A stretch of 64,000 nucleotides of DNA from the human T2T-CHM13v2.0 reference genome, Homo sapiens. Made by a program: the position numbers and the translations under genes. Each line of letters begins with the position of its first letter. Within the stretch, counting starts at the first letter, position 1. This document shows, piece by piece, positions 16,508-41,977 of the stretch. The stretch lies in the NCBI RefSeq assembly GCF_009914755.1, contig NC_060926.1. The stretch is one strand, 5' to 3'. Under the pieces are notes generated by a model that ran no database searches, was not told the DNA's origin, and worked only from the letters and a program-made list of their open reading frames with translations.

Positions 16508-18793
16508 TTATATGGTTTGCCTGTGTCGCCACCTAAATCTCATCCTGAATTGTAACTCCCATAATTCCCATGTGTCACAGAAAGGACCCAGTGGGAGATA
16601 ATTGAAACGTGGGGTTGGTTTCCCCATACTGTTCTCCTTGTAATGAGTTAAGTCCGTGAGATCTGATGTTTTTATACGAGGTTTCCCCTTTCACTTGGCT
16701 CTCATTCTCCCTTGCCTGCTGCCATGCAAGACTTGACTTTGCTCCTCCTTTGCCTTCCACCATGATTGTGAGGCCTCACCAGCCACGTGGAATTGTGAGT
16801 CAATTAAACCTCTTTCCTTATAAATTATGCAGTCTCAGGTATGTCTTTATTAGCAATGTGAGAACAGACTAATACAGTAAATTGGTACTGATAGAGTGGG
16901 GCGCTGCTATAAAGATACCCGAAAATGCGGAAGCGACTTTGGAACTGGGTAACAGGCAGAGGTTGGAAGAGTTTGGAGGGCTCAGAAGAAGACAGGAAAA
17001 TGTGGCCTTGACAAAAATGCTGATAGTGATACGGACAATGAAGTCCAGGCTGAGGTGCTCTCAGATGGAGATGAGGAACTTGTTGGAAACTGGAGTAAAG
17101 GTGACTCTTGCTACGTTTTAGCAAAGAGACTGGTGGCATTTTGCCCCTGCCCTAGGTTCGTGGAACTTTGAACTTGAGGAAGATGATTTAGGGCATCTGA
17201 CAGAAAAAAATTGCTAAGCAGCAAAGCATTCAAGTGATGACTTAGGTGCTATTAAGAACATTCAGTTTTAAAAGGGAAACAGAGCATAAAAGTTTGGAAA
17301 ATTTGCAGCCTGATGATGCCATGTGATAGAAAAGAAAATCCAATTTTCCAAGGAGAAATTCAAGCCAGCTGCAGAAATTTGCATAAGTAATGAGGAGCTA
17401 AATGTTAATTGGCAAGATAATAGGGAAAATGTCTCCAGGGCATGTCAGAGACATTTGAGGCAGCCCCTCCCATCATAGGCCCTCAGGCCTAGAAGGAAAA
17501 AATGGTTTCCTGGCCATGTCCAGGGCCCCCCTGCTATGTGCAGCCTAGGGTCTTGGTGCCCTGTGTCCCAGCCACTTCAGCCATGGCTAAAAGGGGCCAA
17601 GATACAGCTCAGGCCATGGCTTCAGAGGGTGCAAGCCCCAAGCCTTGGCAGCTTCCACATGGTGTTGAGCCTGTGGGTGCACAGAAGTCAAGAACTGAGG
17701 TTTGGGAACCTCTGCCTAGATTTCAGAGGATGTATGGAAATGTCTGGATGTCCAGGCAAAAGCTTGCTGCAGGGGTGGGGCCCTCATGGAGAACCTCTGC
17801 TAGAGCAGTGAGGAAGGAAAATGTGGGGTAGAAGCCCCGACAAAAAGTCCCCACTGGGGCACTGTCTAGTGGAGCTGTTAGAAGAGGGCCACCAGCCTCC
17901 AGACCCCAGAATGAAAGATCCACTCACAGCGTGCACTGTGTGCCTGGAAAAGCCACAGACACTCTATGCCAGCCTGTGAAAGCAGCTGGGAGGGAGGCTG
18001 TATCCTACAAAGCCACAGGGGTGGAGCTGCCCAAGACCATGGGAACCCACCTCTTGCATCAGCGTGACCTGGATGTGAGACATGGAGTCAAAGGAGATCA
18101 TTTTGGAGCTTTAAGATTTGACTGCCCTGCTGCATTTTGGATTTGCATGGGGCCTTTAGCCTCTTCATTTTGACCAATTTCTCCTGTTTGGAATGGGTGT
18201 ATTTATCCAATTCCTGTACCCCCATTATATCTAGGAAGTAACTAACTTGCTTTTGATTTTACAGGCTCATAGGTGGAAGGAACTTCCCTTATCTCAGATG
18301 AGACTTTGGACTATGGACTTTTGAGTTAATGCTGAAATGAGTTAAGACTTTGGGGGACTATTAGGAAGGCATGATTGGTTTTGAAATGTGAAGGCATGAG
18401 CTTTGGCAGCGGCTGAGGTGGAATGATATGGTTTGGCTGTGTCCCCACCCAAATCTCACCTTGAATTGTGGCTCCCATAATTCCTATGTGTTGTGGGAGG
18501 GACCCAGTGGGAGATAATTGAATCATGGGGGAGGTTCCCCCATAGTGTTCACATGGTAGTGAATAAATCTCTCAAGATCTGTTGTTTTTATAAGGGGCTC
18601 CCCCTTTCACTTGGCTCTCATTCTGTCTTGCCTGCTGCCATGCAAGACATGACTTTGCTCCTCCTTTGCCTTCCACCACAAATGTGAGGCCTCCCCAGCC
18701 ATGTGGAACTGTGAGTCAATTAAACTTCTTTCCTTTATAAAATACCCAGTCTTGGGTATGTGTTTATTAGCAGCATGAGAACAGAGTAATATA
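16508..18793 (+). mobile_element. Full-length THE1 (THE1C-like) MaLR provirus: 5' LTR 16508-16876, internal 16877-18423, 3' LTR 18424-18793
   Basis: Two direct LTRs flank the THE1 internal sequence (gtaaattggtact...aagatacccgaaaatg); near-TSD aaatt/aaatg. Confidence 0.92.
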
Positions 18794-18802
18794 AAATGCT
18801 AG

Positions 18803-19518
<716 letters not shown>

Positions 19519-20141
19519 TGAATTCTTAGCAATAATCTTTGAAATCTGCAAATAGACATGACTTACTTGGCATCATCAAACAAGATTTATCAGGTCTTTC
19601 TTTCAGAACAGAGCCCAGTTATAATGGCAATCTGATTAAAGGCTAACTCAACTAAAGATAAGTGCCCCTGGGAGGAGCAGCAACTGAGTTTCTCATTGGC
19701 TCAGAGAGGAGCAGCTCCTGAGTTTCTTATCTGGTAAGTCCTACTGAATATGAAGTACTTGAGCAAAGCATGCTGATGGTTATCACGGCTACATCAAAAA
19801 GGAAAAGGTATGGTATGCAAATGCACCTTAGATATGGGCTGGCAGTTATAGTCACAGTCAAAAACGCAGTATATGTCGGAGTAATGGTTGCTAAGACTTA
19901 AAGCCATTAGAGTAACCAGAATGTGTTCCCATGTAAAGACCAGCTTTTGAGTTGATCCTACAGTCAGTGTTGGTTGACTTGCCTTCCCCACTCAGGGTCT
20001 TGGTTTAAAAGAATGGGTGTCATTCCTGACTGCTGCATCCCACTCTTATCTGAGTTCTGCTACCATTTACTCACCATCCACATGCATCCTACTTTAGAAA
20101 TCTGAATGCTCAAATAATTGCTACACTATAAAAAGTGCTCA

Positions 20142-20476
20142 GGCCAAGCCCAGTGGCTCACGCCTGTAATCCCAGCACTTTGGGAGGCCAAGGCAGGTGG
20201 ATCACTTGAGGTCAGGAGTTTGAGACCAGCCTGCCCAGCCCAACATGGTGAAACCCTGTCTCTACCAAAAAATACAAAAATTAGCCAGGAGTGTTGGCAT
20301 GCGCCTCTAGTTCCAGCTACTCAGGAGGCTGGGGCATGAGAATTGCTTGAACTCAGGAGGTGGAAGTTGCAGTGAGCTGAGATCGTGCCACTGCACTCTA
20401 GCCTGGGTGACAGAGTGAGACTCCATCTCAAAAAAAAAAAAAAGAAAAAGAAAAGAAAGAAAAGAAAAAGAAAAAA
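20142..20476 (+). mobile_element. AluS with (GAAAA)n tail
   Basis: Alu dimer. Confidence 0.95.
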
Positions 20477-21242
20477 GGTGCTTACGGCTATCTGACATAT
20501 CCAGTGGCCTAGAACTCCAGGAGAAGGTATAGGCAATTGCTCAATACAACAAAGTGATGTTTGGGGCCATGTTTAGAGCTGTGTAGAACAGAGCTTCATA
20601 TATGAAAGGTCTTTGTTTGGTCTGAAGCTTAATGGTATCACACATTGCCAACCCCCTATCCAACATACTGAACTCCATAGTTGGTGTTAAATGTCAACAT
20701 CAGCCAGAGAATCGTTAGTTAGCCCTGGTGCTCCTGATGAGTAATCTTTGGTTTTGTAGCTTTTAGGTGAACTCCCTGTGTAATCCTATGACCATGTGTA
20801 GGTTCAGCATAAGTGAAGTCACTAGGTAAATATATATATTGGGCAAGGGACCGAACAAACCTCAAGGACAGTGATTCAAAATCCATAGAATAGTTGGGGG
20901 CTTGGAGGGTTGGGAAGGATGGAGAACAATCAGTTACCTAGCCCTCAAGTGAGTTGGAAAGGGAAACGTTTGAGAGCTAAGCCCTACCCAGGGTATTGTG
21001 GATTCATAGTCCTGTGCTGAGTCCTGGATTGTCTTACAGAAGGAGAGAAGCATCTGCAGCCAGAAGCCTTGAGCACTGGTCCAGCTTCTTCTCCTACCAG
21101 TCAAGTGACTTTGGGCAAGATACTTCACTTCATTGTGCCTCAGTTTCCTAATCTGTAAAATGAAGATAATAATTCCTATGTCTCCTAAAGATGCTGGTAG
21201 GATTAGTCAGTACTCAGTAAGTATAGCTATTATTACTACTAG

Positions 21243-22258
<1,016 letters not shown>

Positions 22259-22284
22259 CTAGTGGTAAATGTTAACTATTGTTA

Positions 22285-23140
<856 letters not shown>

Positions 23141-24150
23141 TTAGGCAATCAAGTACTTTACTTTCTAATTTCTGTCCTTATGATATTATGCCACCTTAAG
23201 AATGTAGTTACATGTTGGCTTTTTCTGATGTGGGTCTAAAAACAGTGTTAAATTGGTAATAGGTCCTGGCTGGTCATCTTACCTTTAAGTCAAACATTCT
23301 GCCCCTTTGACCTAGAGTTGTTAGGCGTGGGTGAAGCAATCAATTGCCAGGAATTCTTTCAGCACGGAGGTTTTCTCTGCAAACTCATCCTCCTTTTATC
23401 TTTTTTCTTAAAACACATTCTTGTCCTTGACACTTGTTTCCTCTTTCCTAACATATTTTAGAAAGCACTGAGATAGTTCCAGGTCCTCTGTGTAGGTTAT
23501 TATCCCTCTTTTATCAGAAAGGAAAACAGACTCAGAATGAGTAAGTAACTTGTTAAGATCATCTCACTAGCAAAGCACTGGCATTCAAATTTGGGTTATC
23601 TTGGCTCTCAAGCCCATGGTCTTTCCACTGCCCTTATTCTTGCAGCCTCCAGTTTGTATCTGGACTTAGAGTTTTCCTTTATGCCTGTCCTTCATTCTCC
23701 ACTCATTTAGCTACATTTATTCTACCCAAACCTTGGATGTTTGTGGGCAAAATTCTGAAGAGTGCCCCCTGTCCTGCACACCACGTTCTCTTCATCCAGC
23801 CTGAGGTATGGAGTTGCCACCCTGGATGTGGGCCAAGGTTCCACGGATTCAAAGACAGAACTCAAACAACCATGGGCCAAGTCCTGCTGAGGCCTCAGGG
23901 AAGCCATGGAAACTTCATCCAGAGAAGTGGCCCCAGGCTTGGTGTGCAGAGAGTCACTGAAGCAACGCGCTAAAACCACAGCAAGCTTGGACTAATTACA
24001 GCACCTCTCCGTGCTTCAGTTTCCTCATCAGTAAGTGGAAATAATATTAGTACCCAACTCATAGTTTTCTTGTGAGAATTAACCACAATAATTACCTGAA
24101 AAGTGTTTAGCATGATGCCTGGTACCTAGTAAATGCTTGATAAAAGTTCA

Positions 24151-24775
<625 letters not shown>

Positions 24776-25373
24776 AAATTTTGTTTTCATCTTGTTGTAT
24801 TCCTGAACTTTCAATCTCCTCTCTCCTCCTTCAGGGTGCATAGCCCATCTATTATAAATAAATAAATAAAAGTTAACTGTTCTTGTTGATACCAAAATTT
24901 GTGAACCACTGTCCTAGGCAAACACAAAGAACTTACTTGGACCACATCTGCCCCAAGACCAGTAGAGGCGTTAGAGTTCCGACTCTCTCTCTCTGCCCAT
25001 GAGAAACACATTCCACAGGCTTCAGAGTGAATTATTTTTCTGTTCTCTTCAGCCCCAAACTCCCAATGACTTGCTTCATACCCAGTTCCCCCATCACAAG
25101 TGAAGCCTTGAAGGCTGTCTAGGTAGAGAATACCAGATTTAAAGCAGATAACATAACTCACTTTTTAACATAACATTTAATAAATGACTGGGGAATTGCA
25201 TTAATTGTCTATTAATTTATTAATAATTATTAAATGATTAGAGGCTCCTCGTGCCACTTTCCTTATTCACAAGCACCTCATTCACCCACCATTAGTTATT
25301 TCCTTATTAAGCTCGATTCAGCCATTCTACATTAAGTACCTACTATGTGCTAGGTGCTGTGCTAGGTACACAT

Positions 25374-25798
25374 TGTTAAAGCAAACTAAAGACGGCCTGA
25401 GAAGGACTCCATACTTCTATATTTGAATCCTTGTAGATAAACTGTAACCTGGCTTAATAGGCAGGCAAGATTGAAAACCTCACTTGGGAGCATGCACCTG
25501 TAACAACACCTGAGTCAATCCCAGTGGCCATTCTTCAACCACGCATAGACTGCTGAGTATTCGAGCTGTGTTCAAATAAGGCAAATGCCAACCTGTAACC
25601 AATCCAGCTGTTTCTGTACCTCACTGCTGATTTCTGTTCATTGCTTCCCTTTTTTGTCTATAAATTTGTTCTGACCATGAGGCATCCCTGGAGTCTCTGT
25701 GAATCCGCTGTGATTCTGGGGTCTGCCCGATTCGCAAATCGTTCATTGCTCAATTAAGCTTCTTTAAATTTAATTCAGCTGAAGTTTTCCCTTTAACA
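25374..25798 (+). mobile_element. MER57-like ERV1 solo LTR inserted in an L2 3' end
   Basis: Starts tgttaaagcaaactaaa and ends gaagttttccctttaaca; L2 sequence on both flanks. Confidence 0.8.
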
Positions 25799-25849
25799 GT
25801 ATGCACCAGTGAATGAAACAGATGGTACTCCTGCCCTAGCTGAGTTTAT

Positions 25850-30397
<4,548 letters not shown>

Positions 30398-30450
30398 CAG
30401 ACTAAAAACATAATCATCTCCCAGGCATTCTTCCTTAAGAAATTTACGGA

Positions 30451-32042
<1,592 letters not shown>

Positions 32043-32144
32043 TGAATAACTCTTAAATATTGAACTTGAATTAGGAAACAACTTCTTGTTTATCCCCCTC
32101 CTCCTCCTCCACTTCTTCCTTCCTCTTCCTCCACCTCTTCTTCC

Positions 32145-32900
32145 TGGAGGTATGCATTAGGAAATCTGAAACTATTTTCTGTATATTCTAGGATTCAACA
32201 AATAAACAGATTTATTATGAATAATGGGAGATAGGTTTCTCACAGTTGTGGAAGGGAGTTATAAATCTAGAAAGGGGAGGATGATATATGAGCCCTGTAG
32301 TGTTGGATTGGAATTGAAGTTATCATGAAGAATGCAGAATAGAGGTACAGAAATACACATCTGTGTGTGCAGGTATGTAGGTATACGTGTGTGTAAGTCT
32401 ATCTGTGTGTGTAGAGATATACACCTATTAATAGTTCCTAAGCTCTCTCCATTGAGAAGGCCTAGAAGTAGGCACACCACAGAAGCATCATGAACACACC
32501 CAGCACCCAGATCCGGTTTCTAATTACCATGAAAGGAACCACAGCTTTTTGAAGAAATGGCAGATACCACAGCTGACACGAGGGAGAGTATCAAAAAAAT
32601 CTGAAATGTCTCCCTGTGCTAGAAAGCAAGGAAGTGCGCAAAGAATGAGAGTGACAGGTCAAGAGGACAAGGGAACCAGCCTGAAAGGGCTCCCACTGGC
32701 AAAATTTGGAACAATTTGAGCAACAAAATACATAGTAATAGTTAAGCATTATAACCTACAGAGCAAAATAAAAACTCATGGGTCAATATGGATTTATTTA
32801 TTTATAAATAAACAAGCAAACAGATGAGGTAAAGAAAAAGCTCTTCTTACAGTAGAAAGCAGCTAATATATGTAGAAGGATGCTGGAATTAGAAAATCAC
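32145..32900 (+). mobile_element. Old L1 3' region (L1MC-like)
   Basis: aacacacccagcacccagat...gaaaggaacc...gggctcccactggcaaaatttgg is typical of L1MC 3' UTRs. Confidence 0.6.
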
Positions 32901-33074
32901 CAAGCATGGTGGCATGTGCCTATAGGCCCAGCTCCTTGGGAGGCTGATGTCAGGAGATGCCTTGAGCCCTGGAGGTCGAGGCTACAGTAAGCCATGATTG
33001 TGCACTGCACTGCAGCCTGGGTGACAGAGCAAGACTCTATCTCAAAATGAAATAAAATAAAAGACTATGGGCTA

Positions 33075-33227
<153 letters not shown>

Positions 33228-33595
33228 TCAGACTGTGATAAATACTAAGCAAATCAGGGTAATGTGACTCAGGGTTGGGATTAAGGTGAGGAAAGCCTGG
33301 CCATTAGGGTGGAGAATTTAATGAGTCAAGGCTGAGGGATATCAATCCTGCTCTTGCAGGATCCTGAGAGGCAGAGCCTCCTTAAATTTTGCACCATTTG
33401 ATGATACCAGAGAGTGACTGAAGGTGAACAGGATTCCACTGAATTTAAGTTGTAATTGAAACTAAAAAGCCAAGGTTGAAAAGCCTTGAGGTTTTCTGAA
33501 GCCGTTGTAATTTGCACATAGCCCACATGCCAAAGGAAGTACTATACTTACTGGCTTTCTTAATCACAGAGCTCTCAGTGGACAATGTCACTCTT

Positions 33596-33721
33596 CTATT
33601 TACTCTTTTCTTTCTTCCTTTCTTTCTTTCTCTTTCTTTCTTTCTTTCTTCCTTTTCTTTCCTTCCTTCCTTCCTTCTTTCTTTCTTTCCTTCCTTTCTC
33701 TTTTTCTTTCTTTTTCTTTTC

Positions 33722-33752
<31 letters not shown>
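33596..33752. repeat. (TTTC/TTCC)n pyrimidine tract, tail of an Alu monomer (33758-33906 -)
   Basis: About 150 bp that is almost purely C/T. Confidence 0.95.
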
Positions 33753-34664
33753 AAAATTTGAGACAGGGTCTCACTCTGTCACCCATGCTGGACTGCAGTG
33801 GTGTAATCTAGGCTTATTGCAGCCTCAACCTCCAGGAGTCAAGCCATCCTCCCTCCCCAGCCTCCCAAAGTGCTGGGATTATAAGCATGAGCCACCGCAC
33901 TCAGCCCACATTCCACCCTTCTAAAATAAAATATTTGGTATGGCTTTCCACAATGGGATAATAAAATGTCTGTAGCCCCTCTTCTCAATAGACAATAAAG
34001 GCATCTAACCAAGTATTTCAGACTAGTTCCCCCACCCCACACCCCACATGCTCAAGGCTGAAGATGTTAGCAGAAGGCATTCATTCATGTGGCCTAAGCT
34101 GCTCGCATTTCCACATTTCATCAATATCTTTGTTCTATTAAATATGTCCATGTAATATTAATAGAAGTCTAGCAAGATGTAAAAACATATTTTATCTGGC
34201 ATTCCTGATTAACAGAACATCTGGTGCTATTAATATAAAAATAAATGTAAAAATGTAAAAAATGTAAAAAATAAATATAATGGTTCAGAAGTCAACACAG
34301 CAAAAATACAGATAAACTACAGGTTGGTCATTTACACGCCAATACTTGGAAACCATAGATATTTAAATACTTATAGTTAGAAATTATTTATCTACAATTT
34401 AAAAATTATAGTTAGCACCAAAAAGCAACCTGGCTTTAACAGTTTTAAGTAGCAATGTGTTCAAGCTATACCAGACAATAAACAACAAGAACAGAGACCA
34501 TTCAAACTGAATAAATGGGTAAATGAATTAAGTGGACTGTGGATATAAAGATATTGAAATATCTATTGATATGGAAGAGGAGAAATTCAGAAGGCAGTGA
34601 CATCCATTAAGCAACAGTTAATTCTGACTTAAATAGAGACAGCAATAAATATAAGAAAGAAGCA

Positions 34665-36320
<1,656 letters not shown>

Positions 36321-37018
36321 GACATTTGCAGAAATATTTTAAAACCAACACACCACACACACAAACATAAGCTGCAAAGTGGAGTTGTCTTAAAGAAAGC
36401 TTAATGATGAACAGACCCCTCAGAACTGGAGTCTGATGTTTTAGAAAGACAAGAAAAATCTCATCACATCCGTCATGTATTTATCCTTTATAATCTCTCC
36501 TAAACCTTCCTTTAAATGCTCCTTTCCGCATTTGGAGATTGGGACAATAGCTTGGCAGGTGTAGTGGGATGGGTAGGAATAATCATGGTGGGGGAACAGC
36601 CATTCAAAACTTTCACTACAGGCTCACTCCCTAAGCAAATCCACATAATTTCCTTTTCATTTATGCATATAGCACCCAAATTCTACATATACAAGCAGTA
36701 TTATGTATTAAGTGCCTACTATGTGCCTGACACTGTGCTCATGTTGTTGTAGGCACAAATTCCCTGTCCTTATAGAAGTTAGAGGGAGGATAACACGGAG
36801 AACTATGTGGCTTGATAGGAGTCAGCAGGGAGACTAGTGAGAGATGCCAGAGAGAGAATGACGGACATTTTAGAACTGGAACTTCCACTATGAATGGGAT
36901 GGGAGCTGTGAAGGTTTTTTTTGGTACAGGAATGGCATGATTTGAGTCACGTTTTGGTAGCAGCATTGAGAACAAGCTGATAGTGGCAGGGGCAGGAACA
37001 AGGAGACTGGTTAGGGGG

Positions 37019-37854
<836 letters not shown>

Positions 37855-38109
37855 GGGGGCTGCCGGAATAGATGAGTGTGGGCTGCCCCATGGTAGTAGC
37901 AGCAGAATGGTGAGAAGCGGCTGTTCTGAGGGTCTATTGGAAGGTAGTGCCCTTAGGCCTGTGCCGAGGTTGATGTCGGCAAGCTCGCCTATGTTGTCGG
38001 CGCACAGTTGCAACTTGATATTCGTTGGACAGATAACGGCTGATATGACTCCCTCAGATAACAGATAATATATACCTGACAATACAAGAAATATGAAAGT
38101 ACATGAATA

Positions 38110-40015
38110 GGCCAAGCGTGGTGGCTCACGCCTGTAATCCTAGCGCTTTGGGAGGCTGAGACGGGTGGATTACTTGAGGTCAGGATTTCAAGACCAGCTT
38201 GGCAAGTATGGTGAAACCCTATCTCTACTAAAAATATAAAAACTAGCCAGATGTGGTGGCACATGCCCGTAATCCCAGCTACTCAGGAGGCTGAGGCTAG
38301 AGAATCGTTTGACCCCAGGAGGTGGAGACTGCAGTGAGCCAAGATTGCGCCATTGCATTCCAGCCTGAGCAAAAGGGTGAGACTCTGTCTCAAAAATAAA
38401 TAAATAAATAAAAAATAAAGTACATGAATAACTTAGAAATAAAGTCCTCAAATCACCTGAGCAAAGAATTGTTTTTATACAGGTAACTCCAGAAATGAAC
38501 AAATTTCTGCCTGACCATATGTTTTCTTTCTCCCCTCCCTTTCTTCCTAACACCACAGTGGGTTCATTCAACCAGATGTTCCTAATTATAAAAGTTGCTC
38601 TTTAATGAGTTCCTCTATCCCCAACAGCTTGAGGAAAATTGCACAACAGAACTTTCCACACATTCAGCCTAAAGTGGCATTTTCAAAGCATGAGAAGAAA
38701 CATATCAAGTTTTGCTCTCCAATCTGTGGAATAAATGAAAACAAGATCTAAATCAAAGGTCTAAAGATCAGGGACTGAGCAGGTCTTGTGTGATGGACAC
38801 TGAGGATAAGACCAGCCCCTGTCTTCCAGAGGCTTCCAAGCTAGAGCAGAAATGCAGGTTACAGGCCATTATCATGCATGGGTCGAGTCTCACAAGAGTT
38901 TAAGCATGTGGTGGATCTAGAAGAATCATTTAAATAAATGTGAAGTTGTTCAAAAACAATTTTTCTTTCTCTGAGTTAAGGTTTGTTTGCTTTGAGACCG
39001 AGTGTCGCACTGTCACCCCGGCTGAAGTGCAGTGGCACAATCTCAGCTTACTGCAACCTCCGCTTCCGGGGTTCAAGTGATTCTCCCGCCTCAGCCTTCT
39101 GAGTAGCTGGGATTGCAGGCACCCGTCATCATGCCCAGCTAATTTTTGTATTTTTGCAGAGACGGGGTTTCAACATGTTGGCCAGGCTGGTCTTGAACTC
39201 CTGACCTCAGGTGATCTGCCCACCTCGGCCTTCCAAAGTGCTGGGATTACAGGCGTGAAGCACCGTGCCTGGTCGAGTTAAGGTATTTTGAATTCAACAA
39301 ATTATGCAAGCCTGCAAAACTTAATATCACAGAATTAACCAAAGAAATCTACAGCTATTAAAAAATCTGGTTGTTTGCTATTATCTTGCCAAAACTCAAT
39401 ATCACATTTATTTAATAAATGAATGATACCGGGAGTTTTGAAATACTAAAATCATGTGATTGTTTTGTAACTTTTATTAGTTGTGTTTGATTTTCATGGT
39501 AGAGTCTGCAAAGCTATTGGCTATTCTCAATATTATAGGAAGAGATAATATCCCTATTAGGAGGATTTAAGTAACAAAGTCCTTTAAGAGCATCATAGGT
39601 TTAACAGCCATACTCTAGAAGACTGAGTCCCAAGTTCTTTCAAATTTATTAGCTCAATTTTGGGACACCCCTCCATTCCTTGCTGTGCATTAATGTTAAT
39701 CTATTTTGGATAAAAATTAGGCCGGGGTGGTGGCTCATGCCTGTAATCCCAGCACTTTGGGAGGCCAAGGCGGGCAGATCACTTGAGGTTAGATCACAAG
39801 ACCAGCCTGGCCAACATGGTGAAACTTTGTCTCTACTAAAAATATAAAAATTAGCCAGGCGTGGTGGCATGCGCCTGTAGTCCCAGCTACTCAGGAGGCT
39901 GAGGTAGGAGAATCACTTAAACCCGGGAGGCAGAATTTGAAGTGAGCTGAGATCACGCCACTGCTCTCCAGCCTGGGTGACAGTCAGACTTCATCTCAAA
40001 AAATAAAAAATAAAA
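38110..40015. mobile_element. Three AluS copies (38110-38419 +, 38981-39274 -, 39720-40015 +)
   Basis: Alu dimers; TSD aaagtacatgaata around the first. Confidence 0.95.
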
Positions 40016-40036
40016 TGTACTTTCTAGAAAGAATTA

Positions 40037-40528
40037 AGACACATGCACACGTATGTTTATTGCAGCACTGTTCACAGTAGCAAAGACTTGGAACCAACCC
40101 AAATGCTCATCAATGGTAGACTGAATAAAGAAAATGTGGGATATATACACAATGGAATACTATGCAACCATAAAAAAGGATGAGTTCATGTCCTTTGCAG
40201 GGACATGGATGAAGCTAGAAACCATCATTCTCAGCAAACTAATGCAGGAACAGCAAACTAAACACTGCATGTTCTCACTCATAAGTGGGAGTTGAACAAT
40301 GAGAACACATGGACACAGGGAGGGGAACATCACACACTGGGGCCTGTCGGGGAGTGGGGGGCTAGGGAAGGGATAGCATTAGGAGAAATAACTCATGTAG
40401 ATGATGGGTTGATGGGTACAGCAAACCACCATGGCACGTGTATACCTATGTAACAGGCCTGCATGTTCTGCACATGTATCCCAGAACTTAAAGCATAATT
40501 TTTTTAAAAAATTTCAAAATAAAGAAAA
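40037..40528 (+). mobile_element. 5'-truncated L1PA (L1PA7/8-like) 3' end
   Basis: Canonical L1 ORF2 end and 3' UTR: gaagctagaaaccatcattctcagcaaact...gttctcactcataagtgggagttgaacaatgagaacacatggacacagg. Confidence 0.93.
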
Positions 40529-41667
40529 TACGGTATCATAAAACACTAACTAAGAATCACTGGTCTTTAGAGAATATAGGAAGTAAATAATTGGTTTGCA
40601 ATACAGGGTTACTAGAAAAGGAGGTTGGACTTTGGCCTCAGAATTTCCAGTTTTCTACTTGGGAAACTGATATTATTTTCACTGTAAAGTAACTGCCATT
40701 CCATAAATTCAGACACTAAGAGATACCTTTTTATCGCCTATCCAAAAACACAAATTCAAATCTTGGCAATAGTGTGAGGATATTATCAATAACAATAAAA
40801 CACTTAATAACATGCATATTCTGACCTAGCAATTCCCACTTTTTAAGACTTTATCCTCAGAAAATAATTGGAAAAGTGGGCAAGATAAACATATAAGCAT
40901 GCTGAGCTTGTATATTTTTAAATGTAAAAATTTGAAAAATATTTAGTGTTTTAATTACAATGATAATCTAAACATATATAATCTAATTTTATGAGATTGG
41001 TAAAATGCATGATGGCTTAGCCACATAGGACAATGGGATACTGCTATACATGCTAGTATTATGCTGTAAGACACACACACACAAATCCCTAGCCACTCTC
41101 CCATCCCTGACACACACACCACACACCCCTACCACAGTGGGCTAAAACAATGATTTATTTCTCGATCATGCAAAGTCCACTGCAGTCCTAGAGCGGTTGT
41201 GATCTGTAGAATGGCTTAGCGTCACACTTCACCAACACATGCTTCATGAGGGGCATGGAAGAAAGTGTCATGGTACCAGAGGCTCACCTGCAGTAAAGAG
41301 CTTCTGCCCACGTTTCATTTGCTAAAGCAAGTTACAAGGGCCTTTCTTGACCTCAAATGGAGACGTGGGATCCCAACATGTGTCCAGATGATGGCAGGAG
41401 CAAATGTCTACTGCAACTACACAGCCATAAAAAATACTAACATGGAGCTCTACTTTTTGACACGGGCAAACTATCCATAATGTATCAAGTGGGAAAACAA
41501 GTATGGTCCCATTAAAACAATGTATCTCTAAGTGTGTGTTACATATGTAAGGAGACATTTATAAAAACATTGGAAAGATATACAGGATAAGTTTAATGGT
41601 GTTTTCTCCAGGTGGTGGGATGAGATGATTTTAAAAACAACTTGTTTTATACTTTTTGGTTCTATCT

Positions 41668-41977
<310 letters not shown>

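Noticed and set aside
16882-18173. ORFs in the THE1 internal region
   Set aside because: Fragmented remnants of the MaLR internal sequence; no intact gag or pol.
40037-40528. L1 as a potentially active element
   Set aside because: Only ~0.5 kb of diverged 3' end is present.
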